From: Moniliella sp. 'wahieum'
Lineage: Eukaryota
Length of the DNA: 64,000 nt
Assembly (NCBI GenBank): GCA_003971905.1
Contig: RSEE01000003.1
Span: forward strand, 992,001 to 1,056,000
Direction of reading: 5' to 3'
This document shows positions 13,342 to 26,211 of this stretch, in pieces. How positions within the stretch are numbered: position 1 is the first letter of the stretch; the number at the start of each line of letters is the position of its first letter. Under the pieces are notes generated by a model. That model made no database searches, had not been told where the DNA came from, and saw nothing but the letters and a program-made list of their open reading frames with translations. Made by a program: the position numbers and the translations under genes.

Positions 13342-14251
13342 GGTTCTCGTACTCGATACTCGCGAGCGAAGGCGCAGAGTGTGGTGGCGGACCGCCACTC
13401 TGGCCGGCGGAACCAATTGCCGGCCTGCCGTCTGCGATAGGCTGGTTAAAGTGCGCGTACGTAACTTTCGAGGCGCGTCGTGCTGGTTATGTAACGACGC
13501 CGGAATCGTCGACTTCCGCTTCTGTCTGAGTAAGATTCCGTCCCTTCGCTCACGCTCATCCCATACAGCACTGTCACACCCATTCGGTGATCGATGATCT
13601 GAATTTCCCTGTGTCCGACGTGCCTCCGTCTTGAGTTCGGGCGTGTGGATGATGGACACGCGTCACGCGTCACGACGTTCAACCGCATCGAATCGCCCAA
13701 CAGGCCATCACACATACGTCACACATGGCACACACAGAGCCGGAGCTGCACAAAAGTCTACACCTCCCTATACACCTTCTCCCAACCTTCCCATCCAACA
13801 CCCCTTGAAGCTTGGCGCTTGGCGCTGTTCGGCCCGTTTTGACGTCATCGACTTGTCCTGGGTCTACCGAGTACTCCACTCAGCGCATTCCGCAATACTC
13901 GTCATACTCAACCAACTCAACGGTGCGTTCGACTGAGTTGGATATAGCCGTGTTAAATAACTTCCTTTGTATCAGGCCGACGTAGGTGCGCGTCATCGAT
14001 CATCCGCCCCGATCATCATGCATGAGAACAATTCGTTGTCTCATTTGGCGCGCGGAGGCTTTTCGTGGCCAATGAAATACCAACACCGCCGGGCCAGCCA
14101 CGCTGCTTGTCATCGCAGCCCTGCTCGTCTGGTTCGCCCTTCGCTCCGTTTGCCTCCTTCGCCAACATTGGGACGTGCCGACAAGCGGACCTTTGAATCG
14201 CCCTCCTTGGTCCTCATCGTCCCCTTCCAACCAGCGCCGTGCTGACAAGCC

Positions 14252-16071
14252 ATGCCCGCGTTGGCCCAAGCCACTGTCCTTGCCCTGGCTACCGCCGGGG
14301 GCGCGGCACGAGACGCTGAGCACGCGGCTCGCTACGATTGGCGTCCTGGACGCTCAGCTGGAGGCCGCCGACCAGGCTATTTTCCAGATCCGGGGGCGAC
14401 TGTGTGTGCATCTCAAGGAACTGCGGGCGTTGCGTGGGAGCGCGCAGGCATGTCAGCTGCAGCACTCCCAGCTCTCTGCTCATCTCGGCAAACGCGCCCT
14501 GTGCGCCTCTCGCCGGCCAAACGGCGTAAGGCCGCGGGGCTGCAGCAGGAGTTGGCGCGGGCGCGGAGCGCGAGGCGGGCAACCGTGCACAGCCCAGCTG
14601 ATGCAGGCGATTGAACATGCAGAGCAGACCAAGGCGGTCTACAACATTTGGCTATGGAGCGGCGCGAGCTGGTTCAAGAGCTGGATGAGTTCCATGCTTC
14701 CCTCTTTCTGCCACCTTCCTCGGCGCAGATCACAGGCCTGTGGCACGCATGTGAAAAGAAAGCTCGTTTTCAGCTGGAATCGCTTATGGACCTGGCCAAG
14801 AAGCTGCAGTCCGAAGGGAGCGGGAGAAGCACATGCGCCGTGATTATCTCGACAAGGCCAAGAATACAGCCCACGAGCTGTTGGCGTGCGTGCGCAAGGC
14901 AATTGCCAAAACCGTCGACATTCGCATCAAGTCCCGCATCCCCACCTTCAAGGAAATGCTTAATGGCCATGAGTACGAGTTGACCCGCACCATTTCCCCT
15001 ATTCTCCAGATGGCCAAGATCCTCAGCGGCCGTCTGTTCACCATCATGGCCCAAGCACGAGTGGCCAACATTGGCGTGGCCGCCTTGCCCGAGATGACGA
15101 TTGTGGAGCTACACAAGCTCCCACTCGAAAGGCTTCCGAGCATCACAAAGGCAGTCTACACCACACCCTGGAGAGCTCCTTTGCCCAGGCCACCTGGTGT
15201 ATTAACCATGTGGGACGGGAAAAGAGCGGTCGTTGATGCGCCAGCAACAGCTAGCCGAGCTCAGCAAGAAATATTCCGGACTAGCCGCCGAGGCGCGCGA
15301 GGAGCTGCGCACCTCCTCGCTCGGCGATTGTCCATCAAATCTGGACCTACCCACTGCCGAGCACATGGGACGAGGAGCAAGCCCAAGCCTTCCTCGCCCA
15401 GGTAAAGGTACCGACGCCAACAGTATACCTGGATGGCAATGTGAACGAACAGGCATTTGCCTACGAATCGTCCAAGCCGCTTCCGAGTATACAAGCAGAC
15501 ACGCTGCAACGCCTGCGGAAGCACATGCAGGCTGCACGCCAAACGGTTGACGAGGCCAAGCCGCCGCTGCAAGGACTGGAATTGCTGGAAGCAGAGCAGT
15601 TTGGAAAGGGCGCCTTTACCGCCGACCCGACTTTTTCCTCGACGCCAACAAGGCCGGGTACGAATACATGCCTGGCTCGGATGTGGTGTTTGGCCGACCG
15701 CAGGAGGCGCCATCGCGACTGCTTCTTCTCTCCGGGCAGCCTGGGCCGGCCCACATGGGATCCAAGAAACCGACCTTGTCGGGCTCGCCGCCCACGGCAG
15801 AGGACCAGTCTACCGATGCTGCGGAGCGTGTGTCCCGACAAGCCGAGGCCCGCCACGCCAGAGCTTGCCTCGGGTCCTGAGACCAGTTTTGCCCAAGAAA
15901 CGCCTCTCTCGGATACGCGCAACCCCTCCACCCCCGCCCCCCGACCACCCCCCCCTCTCCCTTCGTTGGTCCCCTACATCAGCGCCGATCCGCACCATTA
16001 TCCTTGACGGCATCGAGGACCCTGCCTCGGATGCCGAACCGATCATTGTATCCACCCAGCCAACTGCCTAG
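14252..16071 (+). CDS. Hypothetical protein, helical N-terminal half and Pro-rich tail (frameshifted)
   Basis: Consecutive + strand ORF segments with coding-like composition (14252-14614, 14648-14983, 14833-15405, 15441-16007, to stop 16071). No family recognised. Confidence 0.45.
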
Positions 16072-16175
16072 CACCATTCGTTTTGACCTGGTTCAAGTTG
16101 CTGTCTATATGAATTTCTCCACGCTCGTTGGTTTCTCAGCAGGTGTGTTCTGTAAATGACATGAGATTAGAGCAG

Positions 16176-17190
16176 TTAGAAGATACTGTCGAGCACACTG
16201 GTTAGTGCCTGGCTGCGCTCCTTTTCGACCTTGGAGCGCTTGCGTTTCGGCCCTTCGTCCTGGGAGGGTTGGTCGCGCACGTCGCGGAGAACCGCTTCGC
16301 GTTGGTGGAAGGTACGTTTCTTCTTGTCTTCCTCCTTGCTTTCCGTCTTTGTTGGCTTCGTCTCCATCTCTTTCGGGTCGACGGTAATCTTCTTGCGTGC
16401 CTTCTTCTCGTCCACCACGCGCGCACGCTCCACCTTGCGCAAATAATCCGTCTGTTCGAACTGACTTTGGGCAAGTTCGGCACGTAAACGGGCCGCACGC
16501 GATGCTCGTTCTGACGATAGCTGGGCCGTGAGCATGTGCCACTTGAACCCAGACAAGTACTTCATGGTCCACACCTCGTCCGTAAAACGACGAGACAACT
16601 TGAGTCCTTTCGGCCCATTCTTGCGCGCCTTCATGCTGCTCTTGGTCACCGCCGCCGCACCGAGCGGCTGCGCGTTCAGCAACGCTGCCACGCTTTTCGC
16701 CACTTTTTTCGAAGTAAACTCGACCCATCCTTCCTCAAAATGAGCGGTACCCTTGTCCTGCAGCCTCAGTTAGCGCATTCATGCCCTCCTAGTGAGGCCG
16801 GGCCCCGGGCGGGGGGAGAGGAGAGAAATACATACGTTTTCGCGGAGCTTCACCATCCGATCGCGGGTCGTGGAGGTAAATGCGTTCCGTGGGGCCAAAC
16901 TGTTCCAGAAGATGACGAACCTTGGCGACAGTCATGCCATGAGGAATATGGGAGATGTAGATGATGCCGCGCTTGGACTCTTTTTTCTTGTACGCTTCCA
17001 GCTCTGCAGAAGAGAGCGGGGCAAGCACCTTGGTCGGCGCTTTGGACTCGGACTCGGCCTCGGGTCCGACTCGGAGAGGCGGGATGGATGGTGACCGGAA
17101 TCCGATTGCTCCCCGGCGTCGCTCTGAGGTCCAGAGGAAGGGCCGGCAGGCGGGTCAGCGGGGGCAGGACGAAGCGCGGGTCGGCGGCAT
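16176..17190 (-). CDS. ESF2: Pre-rRNA processing protein Esf2/ABT1 (RRM)
   Basis: GIIYISHIPHGMTVAKVRHLLEQFG; intron about 16835-16759 (GTATGT...GCTAAC...GCAG); HFEEGWVEF; LLNAQPLG; WTMKYLSGFKWHMLT. Confidence 0.9.
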
Positions 17191-17754
17191 GGTGATGGAG
17201 GCGGTGGGGTACTCAAACAGGACCCACTAGCACGAAAGGCAAAAAAAAGAGGCGGAATGACCAGGGCGGAATTTCAACCCTAGCTGGCTCGTGTGGGGGC
17301 TAGGACGACCGGCGGGCGAGTTGCCCGGTTGGATGTGCCACCTCCAGTCTGGACAGCCTCCCAAGAAACACAGATGGGCGCCCGCGTTCGGTGAGAGCAG
17401 CTTACGATGTGGTTCATTTCCTGCCTGCATCCTCTGTCTTCGCGCTCCGCGCGCACAAGTCAAGTCTGCCTCGGTTGCCCCGTTCGATGGCCACCGCCCC
17501 ACCCAGCTGGGGGCTATCCTAGTCGTAGAGTGGACAGTACAAAAGCGGCCAGCACTCGCGGACTCAGGCCACAAGGGCGGTGTGTCCATATCATACTTAG
17601 ATCACGCCGCCCGACCGCCTCTACGACCCCTCCTTCCAGCACAGAACTCTCATGGCACAACAATCATTGCACCGTGGGCAAACACATGGCCATCAGCGCA
17701 CTGACAACTGACAGCGCGGCGCGTCCCACCGGACAGAGCAAAGACGGCTAGCGC

Positions 17755-19958
17755 TTAGCGGGTAAACACGCCGCGTATATCGGGCGGCAACTCGGCGTAA
17801 CGCACCCCCAACTGCGCCTCCAGCGTCGCAACAGCTCCACATCTCCCCTCGGCCCCGAGGCAGAGGAGAGAACCAAGATCGCCCCCACCGCGGGCGGCAG
17901 CAGAGCAAGTTTGCTCCCCACCTCCTCGGCCGACCGGGGCAGGTCGAACCAGATCACAACAAACGGACGAGGTCCCCAGCCATGCGGTCGAGCAAGCTAG
18001 GATCCGACAGCACCAACACGAGGTCCGGCCCTGCCGCGCCAGCGCCAGCGCTGCCGCACGCGTGTTGACCGGATGCGAGCGGGAGAGGGTAGAGGGAAGG
18101 ATACCACGGGTGCGCAAGGTGGCGCTAACTTGGTCCAAGTGCGCCTCGGCAGCCAGCACAATCGTCCGTACCTCATCCAACTCATGCACCAGCTCGGCCA
18201 CCGCTTCGGCCTTGGCCTGTTGCCTCACCCCGGCACCTTCCCCCGACGAGGGGACATAGAGATAAAATTCCTTACGCGGAAGGGGAGAGAGGCGCACGGT
18301 GGAGCGCGCCTGCGGCGGCGGCGACGGTGGGTCCAAATGATCGCGCCGGACCAAAACACGAACCGGATCTTTCATTCGCAATGTGCGCGTAAGTGCCAGC
18401 ACGTCCTGGGGCACCGTGTTGGAAAACAAGGCCAGTTGCCGCTCCCACCCGCGTAGGAGGGTCGTGACGCCCTCGGCTAGTCCACGGGCGACCAGCTGAT
18501 CCACCTCGTCCAGCACACACAGTCGGGGGGCTGGCGCCCCCGCCAAAGCTCCCACGCGGGCAGGCGTGGCAATCACCAACTCGGGCCGCGGATCGGGCAA
18601 GGCAGCACCCAGCACATGCGGCTCCACCCCCACACTGCGCCCGAGACCGGTAGCCAATCGCGCCGCCTGACTTGCCTGGTCCGCCGTCGTGCACACCACC
18701 AACGCCCAGCCCCCCGCCTCACGCCGCCCAAGCACACTTTCTCCAAGCACAGCACAATGTACGTGGCCATCCGTTCCTGTGTCGGGGGTGCCTGCACCAG
18801 CGCATCTTTGCCTGCCAACAGCGCTGGCAACGCACGTTGCTGCACGCGCGTCGGTGGGCCCAGTCCGTACGCCTGCACCGCCTTCAACAATTCGGGTACC
18901 AGGTTGGCCATCTCCCACCGCCCCAGCGGGTGCGGACTGGTAGCCCCTGCACGCGAATAAGGGCGCTGTAGATCCTCGTCCTCTTGGTGGTGCTGATGGG
19001 CGGCAAGCTCGCGTCGTGCACGACGCGATAGCGGCCGGTCCGGACCCGCACCTAGACCCACGCCAGCACCTGCACCCGTACCGGCACCGGCACCGGCACC
19101 CACGCCATTCCAAGAGTGCCGCTTATCTCCCCTCATCGGACCGAGGGGGGAGAGACGCGCACGATCGGGTACGTGGGAGGCTAAAATGGCAGGCGGAGTG
19201 GGAGCAGGGAAAAATGGTCCTGGCGGAGGGGAGATTGGGGTTGGAGGTACCTGGGCCAGAGTGGGGAGGATGGTGGGCGCCTGCCGCGGGCCCGTGGGCG
19301 GCGCTGAGGCAGGGGGGCCGGCATAGGGCGCGGGCACAGGCCCAGGACCAGGTGCCGGCCCGGGCCCAGGCCCGCGCAGTCTGAAGTGGGTAGAGAGGGT
19401 AAGCGGGGGGAGGCCCACCTGCGCTCCAGCCGCTGGATCTGCGCATTCATCCGCGCTTGCGTTTCAAGTTGAAGAGAGAACTGGAGGGTCAAGGCGCCCA
19501 GTTGGGCTTGTGTCTCGGACAGTTGGCGCTCCAGTTGGTTCACGCGTGCAGCCAGGGGTAACGAGGCGGCCGAGGCCGAGGCAGCAAAGGAGTCTTCTAC
19601 CTCAGGGTCGGGGCCATCAAGCTCGTCGTCGGGGGTCGGGTGTGGGTGGGTGGGTGCTGGCGCCACCAGACGCAAAGGAGCAGAGTTTGGAAGACGAAGA
19701 AGCGGAGTTCCACGCCTAGGAGAGCTGGGCGGGTCTTCGGCACGGAGAGCAGTGAGGGCATTGCGCTGGCGGATCAACGCGAGACGGTCTCCGCTCGGGC
19801 CGCGCCGAGAGGCACGGCGGGCGAACCAGGGGGGTGAAGAGAGTAGTTCGGGAGGGAGTGGGTGGCTGGGCGGCAAATTGTAAGGATCCGGGCACAGACG
19901 CAGGAATCGAGCCGGGATAAAAAGCGCCGTAGGCCTGGTCGAAGGACGCGTCGGCCAT
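17755..19958 (-). CDS. eIF4A-like DEAD-box fold protein with degenerate catalytic motifs and a long low-complexity N-terminus
   Basis: Q-motif region LVPELLKAVQAYGLGPPTRVQQRALPALLAGKDALVQA, then LVIATPARV, LCVLDEVDQL, LFSNTVPQDV, MKDPVRVLV and WFDLP. Several frameshifts. Confidence 0.8.
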
Positions 19959-22207
19959 GGTGGTGGAGCCGAGCGGGGGGCGGGGGTACTGCGTCGGCCG
20001 GCACCAATCGGCGGCACAGGCGAGGGCCAGCGGATGGGAGCAGGAAGGTACGCGGAGGAATCATCTCCGTCGTCAGACCGGAGCGCCAGCGACCCGCTGG
20101 TCATGGCGATCCAAGGGCGGTGGTGGTGGTGGTGGTGGTGTGCTGCTGATGAATGCTGGTGCAGGAACAAGGAAAGGCGCGCTGGGCGCGCAGCGTCGTT
20201 CCGCCGCGGAACAGCCCCGGTGGCCAGCTGGCGCGCGTTGGGCGCATGGCCCGTCACATGACCTGTATCACATGACCTTGTGCTAGCAATAGTACTGGTA
20301 ACCCTATAAGCCGATGCCAGAGCCGGCGTACTGGACAGGATTAAGATTGGATCATTACTCCGATTTTATACGCAGAAAATACTCTGCACATTGGATCGCT
20401 ATATGGCGTCAGCCACTCTACCGCATGTCAGAGCCTCATCAGGGCCATGGGGGTTCGTCGCTTTCATTCCAGTGGCTACGAGTCACTAGAGTGACAGTCA
20501 CTAGTCATGCTCGTCCAACGTACCCATGCGCTTCTTCCGCAACAGAGCGCCCTCCATCGCTGCGCCGTTCTGTCGCCGTCAGCTTGTCCCACAGGCGATT
20601 AAAGGCCGCTGGTATGTCTCCTTGTGGCTAATAGCACAGATACTATGGTCACCCTCTGGGCAGATGCATATTTCTCTTTGTTACCGGATGATCCAGAGGT
20701 ACTATGTGCGGACAGAAAGCCCCACATTTCGTAGCCCCCTCTCATCGAAATACATGTGCCGGTGTCGGTAGCCTCTCTGTATACTAATAGTAAACCCGTC
20801 AGCGGGGGGGGTATTCTTCACACTGAGTACTGGCACTGACCTCCGCCCACGTCCACATGGACTCTCTTCAACGTTACGATGCTTCAAAGCTTTACTCTCA
20901 TCACGCTTACACACCCGCACGATTCGCCTCTGTTACACAGCGAGATGGGGATACCTCTGGTGGCTGGCAGGTGGCGCTGGCTTCTCAGTTAGAACCCCGT
21001 CCAAGCGCGCCTACTAGAGGTGTATAAGCGCGTGGTAAAGTTGATGAAGCACTGTTTTTTCCGCTTACCCCGGAACTCATGTACCTTTTCAAGGGATCTT
21101 CACGACATACTCACTCCGTTCCGTTATTTGCGCGGGCGGCATGAACGTTGAACTGTATCCTTTGCTCACAGGCAGCCACCAAAATGTAGAAGGCCTCCCC
21201 ATCGTCTCAATAGATCTGTTCAGTTCTAGCTGCCAGGATGCGTGTGAAGCCAGATAACAAAACCATATGCATGGCTTCCGACTGGTCGTCCTAGAGGGGG
21301 GTTAACGCTTAGGCCTTAAGCTCTCTAAGCTACGAGGGCTCTGTCAGCGTCATGACTGTTGCTCTCGTAACGAGTAATGTTGCTAGAGAAGAGTATGGCT
21401 AATCCATGTGGTCGTCAGAGCGCAACTTCGCTGTCTCGGGCATCACATGTACTGTGTAGTATTGTATTGGCTACTTTTTGTGGAACATATGGGAGGGGTG
21501 GGAGAGGGGGTAATACATACAGCTCATATTTCCCGGTGCGCCTTTCGTTTGCTTGAGAAGGGAGCGGCGGAGTTTTGTGGGCGTACAAAATGGCACAGGG
21601 CCACACATTGTGCAGTTACTAGTTACGGCACGAGTCGGCAGAACGGGCGGCTCAGGGACACCCCGGCAAAATACAATATGGCAACGCCACCGCCACACGT
21701 AACGACATGACTTCCTCGCGCTCGCTCGCGTTCGTCACATGTCACAGTGCCCGAGGCCCTGAGGCCATGTGAGATCTGAAACCTGGGCTGCTGAGCACTG
21801 CGTCTGGTGCGTGAACGATGTATGATGGGCGGGGTAGTAGGGCACATGATTAATGATTGCCCCCACCGCCGTGCTTGCTGTAGACTGCTTTTTTGCCTTA
21901 AAGCTTAAGCTCCACAGAGATATTGTGTTTTGGGGTCAACGGCTGGTGCTCGCTCGATCAATAACCTCATGCTGTTATCAACGCTCCGGCGATGCGCTCA
22001 GCCAACATCCCCGGCACAGGGCCTATGTGCTCGCCAACGCATGCCTTATTCTGCCTCTTCGCTCTCTCCTATATATTACAGCCGGTGGTCGTTATATAAT
22101 TGGCCAAAAGTAATAATAGGTACACAGCATCCTCCGTCTTGTCATATCTCTTGCTTGCTCTCCTCCTGTCCACCTACACCCTCCCTCCTTCTCTCCTCTC
22201 TGGTGCA

Positions 22208-24660
22208 ATGTTCGGAGGCAACATCGCTGAGCTCGCTCTCACTGAGCCTGCCCACCCGCCCGTCTCCTCTTCGGAGGAGCTTCCGCCCCCCCCGTTCACC
22301 GCCAAAGACGATGGGTCGTTCAAAGGCGACGTCGACTTCACGCACACCGTCGCCGAGCTGGACTATTACCCCGGCCATTATGGCGCATGCCTTGAGGAGT
22401 ACTTGTACTGGGCCCAGGTGCAGCGGGACGAAGAGCAGGCGCGCGGAGGATCGTGGGGAGCGCGCCGAGGCATCAACCTGGGTTGAAGCCCTGATCCAGT
22501 GGCTTCGCAACCGTCGCAACAAATCCAACGAACCTGCGGGAGAAGATGGCTGTGATGGAGCCCGTGTCAACACCTCAACTGAATGGGATCACTGAACCAA
22601 AGACGCTCGAAAGTTTGTCCCAGGCGCGTACCATGCGCGTGGCTGGGGCTGCTAGTGTCTTCTTCTTGATCACCACAGAGTATGTCGTTTGCTTTTCCGA
22701 ATATTGCCCCCTCACCGGTATATAGATTCTCCTCCCCATGCTCGTGAGGGCTGACTTCTGTGCCATCCCCTAGTATCCTCGGGCCGAATTCAGCGCCGTA
22801 TGGTATGAGCCAGAACGCATGGATCCAAGGTCACATTCTTTTTGTTGTTTTTGGTGTCGCAGCCTCGGCGGCGTCTTACGCTATCCAGTGGCTCTTCCTC
22901 CGTCTCGACTCGTCCCGCTCCCGGTTAAAACGTACGGCGACATCGGGCACCGTCTCATGGGGTCATGGATGCGCCACCTCATCTCCCTTCTTCAATTCAT
23001 CCAGCTCATTTTTGTACGTCCCCTCTCTTCCTTTCATTCAACTGTTGTGTGAGAAGGACGACAGCAGTTCTCTTACACCGGTAATTTTTTTTCATTTTCC
23101 CACAGAACTGCGGGTTGTTGTGCCTTGGAAATGGACAGAGTCTGTATCAAGTTATCACAACCTATCCCCCCACACACTCTGCTTTGCCGTATGCGTTGTG
23201 ATCTTCGCTGGCATTGGTATGGTCCTATCCCAAAGTACGTTGGAACAGAACTGCACCCCTCCCGATCCGCAGCTTATTCCTCTAACACCTTGTTCTCTTT
23301 CATTTTTTCTTCCTCCTCATTCCAGTTCGAACACTCCGGGGCTTGTCAGGCTTGTCGGCCTTTTCGGTCCTTCTCAATTGGACCGTATGTATCGTAAGGT
23401 GCGTGCCTCTCTCCTCTCTCCCACTGTCCTTGGAAAACGGCGAGCTATAACATTCTATCCTCAGCATGGTGATCATCAAAACCCAGGGATTCAGCGTAAC
23501 GACGGTAGCGCTTCAGCTTGGGGAAAGCTCTTCTTGGGTTGATGATCACCCAGCCCAGACAAGCGCATGGTCACCTTTGCCCTTGTCGAATCAAATTCAA
23601 GGGGTGAATCTGCTTGTCTTTGCCTACGGTGGTACGTTTCTTCTTCCCCTAGTTCAGGAACATTCGCCGGGTTTGTTGACTAACGGTGGCCCCAATGATG
23701 CGTGCAATGATAGGGGCCATGATTTTCCCCGAGTTACTGTCGGAGATGAAGCAGCCCAAGTCGTTTTGGAAGGGATGCATCCTAGCCCAATTTGTAATTT
23801 ACGTGGTCTACATGATTTATGCGTCTGTGATCTATTCGCGTGTGGGGCAGTACGCATTGTCGATCGGGTACCAAATCATGCCTGTCTCCACCGCGTTGAC
23901 AGTCCTCAACGTCTTCTCAATTCTCACTGGCATCATTGGAGCGGCAATGTACGTTTTATTTCCTTTCCCCTTCGGTGTATGACCCGATATGCACGGATGC
24001 TTTGCTTGCTAACACATGCACGTATGTGTGCTACGCTCGTACCAAGCTATGCCAACATCGGGCTTCGGGTGTCCTATCTCCAAGTGGTGGAGAACTTGCT
24101 CCATGGCCCTTCCTACAACTCCTCGCACCTCGGCCGCTTGTTGTGGCTGGTTTGGGCGGTCGTGTTCTGGGCCTTGGCGTTTGTGATTGGCTCGGCCATC
24201 CCTCAAGTCAACTCGCTCTCAGGCCTCATCTCCAGTGTGGCAATCGTCAACTTTTCGTAAGGGTTTCTTTCTCATATACCTGATGTGCACTATTAGAAGC
24301 TGACCCTGACTTGATCCGCCGAAAACAGGTACACCTTCCCCTTCCTCTTTGTCTTTGTCTGGCTGGTGCATAAAGATGCCATGGCAGCTGATGGACCTTG
24401 GTCCCCGCAAGGAGGGCAACGCAGGATCGACTCGTGGACCCAATGGTCCCGCTGGCAGCGCGGGCTGTTCTCTGCCACGTACCGTCTAGGTCGCCTGGCC
24501 ATTCCAGGTTGGTTTGTCAAGATGTGGTCTTGTGCTTTTCCTGGGAGGAGTGTGCATGTGTGCGCTGGGTCTGTACGGAGCGGCAATCACACTACGCCAA
24601 ACCTACTCGATGGGCGGGGCGATCGGGACGAGCTTTGGATGCAAGGCACCTGTCTCGTAA
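22208..24660 (+). CDS. Neutral amino-acid permease (Aa_trans / Mtr-like), multi-intron
   Basis: LEEYLYWAQVQRDEE, SVFFLITT then intron then ILGPNSAPY, AMIFPELLSEMKQPKSFWKG, WALAFVIGSAIPQ; ends GTSFGCKAPVS-stop. Several GT-AG introns. Confidence 0.85.
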
Positions 24661-26211
24661 TCTTGTCAATCGCTGGGTTGCAGCGCTTCTTCTGCCTCAA
24701 TATCCAAGTCGAAATGGTCTTTGGTAACTCTTTGGGACTTGGTTCGTACGAGGAAGCCACAGTGGTCCTCACCGTAATGTGCCAGCACATGTTCTTCATT
24801 GCCCATATACAGGCGTCGTCGATGAACCTCATCGTCTCATCAAATATGTTTTGCTTTTTTGTTGATTCGCCTCTTTTGACTTTTTCACTCTTTCTTTCTC
24901 TCCTTTTTTCCTTACTACCCCTGTGGGTGTTCATACAGTTGAATCAGGCATTTTGGCACCATTGTGCCTTGATCTACCTTATGCCTCTATCGATGTGATG
25001 GTCTTCATATAGACGTTCCTTCGTTTTAGCCATCTCTGCGGTTCATGTCTGATCGCATTTTTCTCTGTCTGTTCAAGTATGTCATCATATAATAGTCATC
25101 GGCATCATGCCCACTGCACCATGAAATCGCAGTCTGGGCAACAGAGGAAAGCTCTCTTTCTGCTGCAGATGGATAGAACGGGGAGGAGGGGGTTTTGCCA
25201 TCCGGGGAAGTGTGAGCTAACCCCCCGTCACAGGAAGTAGGTCTGCATAGAGGCGTAGGGTGAGTACACCGGGGAAGCAGTTCTGTAACGGCTAACTGCT
25301 GTCGTGGTCTCGGACGGGATGAATTGGAATGATTTAAGCTGCGCGAGACTTCTTCAACTCCGGATGCAGCGACCAGAATTGGGCTTCTGAGTGTCTACCG
25401 TTATTGGGATTGAATACGACAGGTACAAGTGCACACCTGCGTGCTCCTCCTCTCCCTTGTGCGAGGAAACAGTCTTCGTGACCAGCAATATATCCGCCCG
25501 AACGCTCCCTCCTTCTCCCCGGTAACGTCGGCTATATATTAAAAGACCCTTCTATTCATAGCCTCCTATAACTTCCTCAGAACCACCGCATCCTCCAGTC
25601 TCCTCCCCAGTCCTTCAACACACTGTTCCTGTTTGCACAACTATTGTGGATCATCAGGGCTCCAGAGGTCTCTTCGATCCCATCAAAAGACACCCTTCTC
25701 GTGCCCCCCCCCACCATCCGAAACAAAACCCCCGAAGCTGGGCGGGGAGAGCATATCACAGAACCACATCGGCCCAGAGGGAGAAGGTGCGCCGGGTCTT
25801 CGTAGCGATGGGCGAGGGCGTGATGGCGCACTGCGCTGTTACAGACCTGGTATACAGGTGAGATGTAGCCCTGCTCTAGCATGTGGTTTTGAAGGAAGCC
25901 AAAGAAGCTGAACCCCATTTACAGTGTGGGGGAGAGCAGAAGAGTGCTTTTGTGGGTCCGCAGTATACCGGTGTCAATATCACGATACCTGAGCATGATC
26001 GACGCATGATGCATGATGCATGATTAATGATTAATGATTGGGGCCCCGTGCATGCTCCGCATTTCGCGGACCACGGGGCGGAATGAACAGCGGAATAAAG
26101 GGCCCATCGCTTGCTGGAGCGCGCTGGAGCTGGCGTGTGGCAAGCAATTCGCCACAATCGCAACCAACCACCACCTCCCCGTCCCGTCCAGGACTTCGAT
26201 TGCTGCCCTCC

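Noticed and set aside
25530..25920. Small gene downstream of a TATA-like element (TATATATTAAAAG at about 25533)
   Set aside because: No convincing ATG-initiated ORF or RNA structure identified; needs transcript data.
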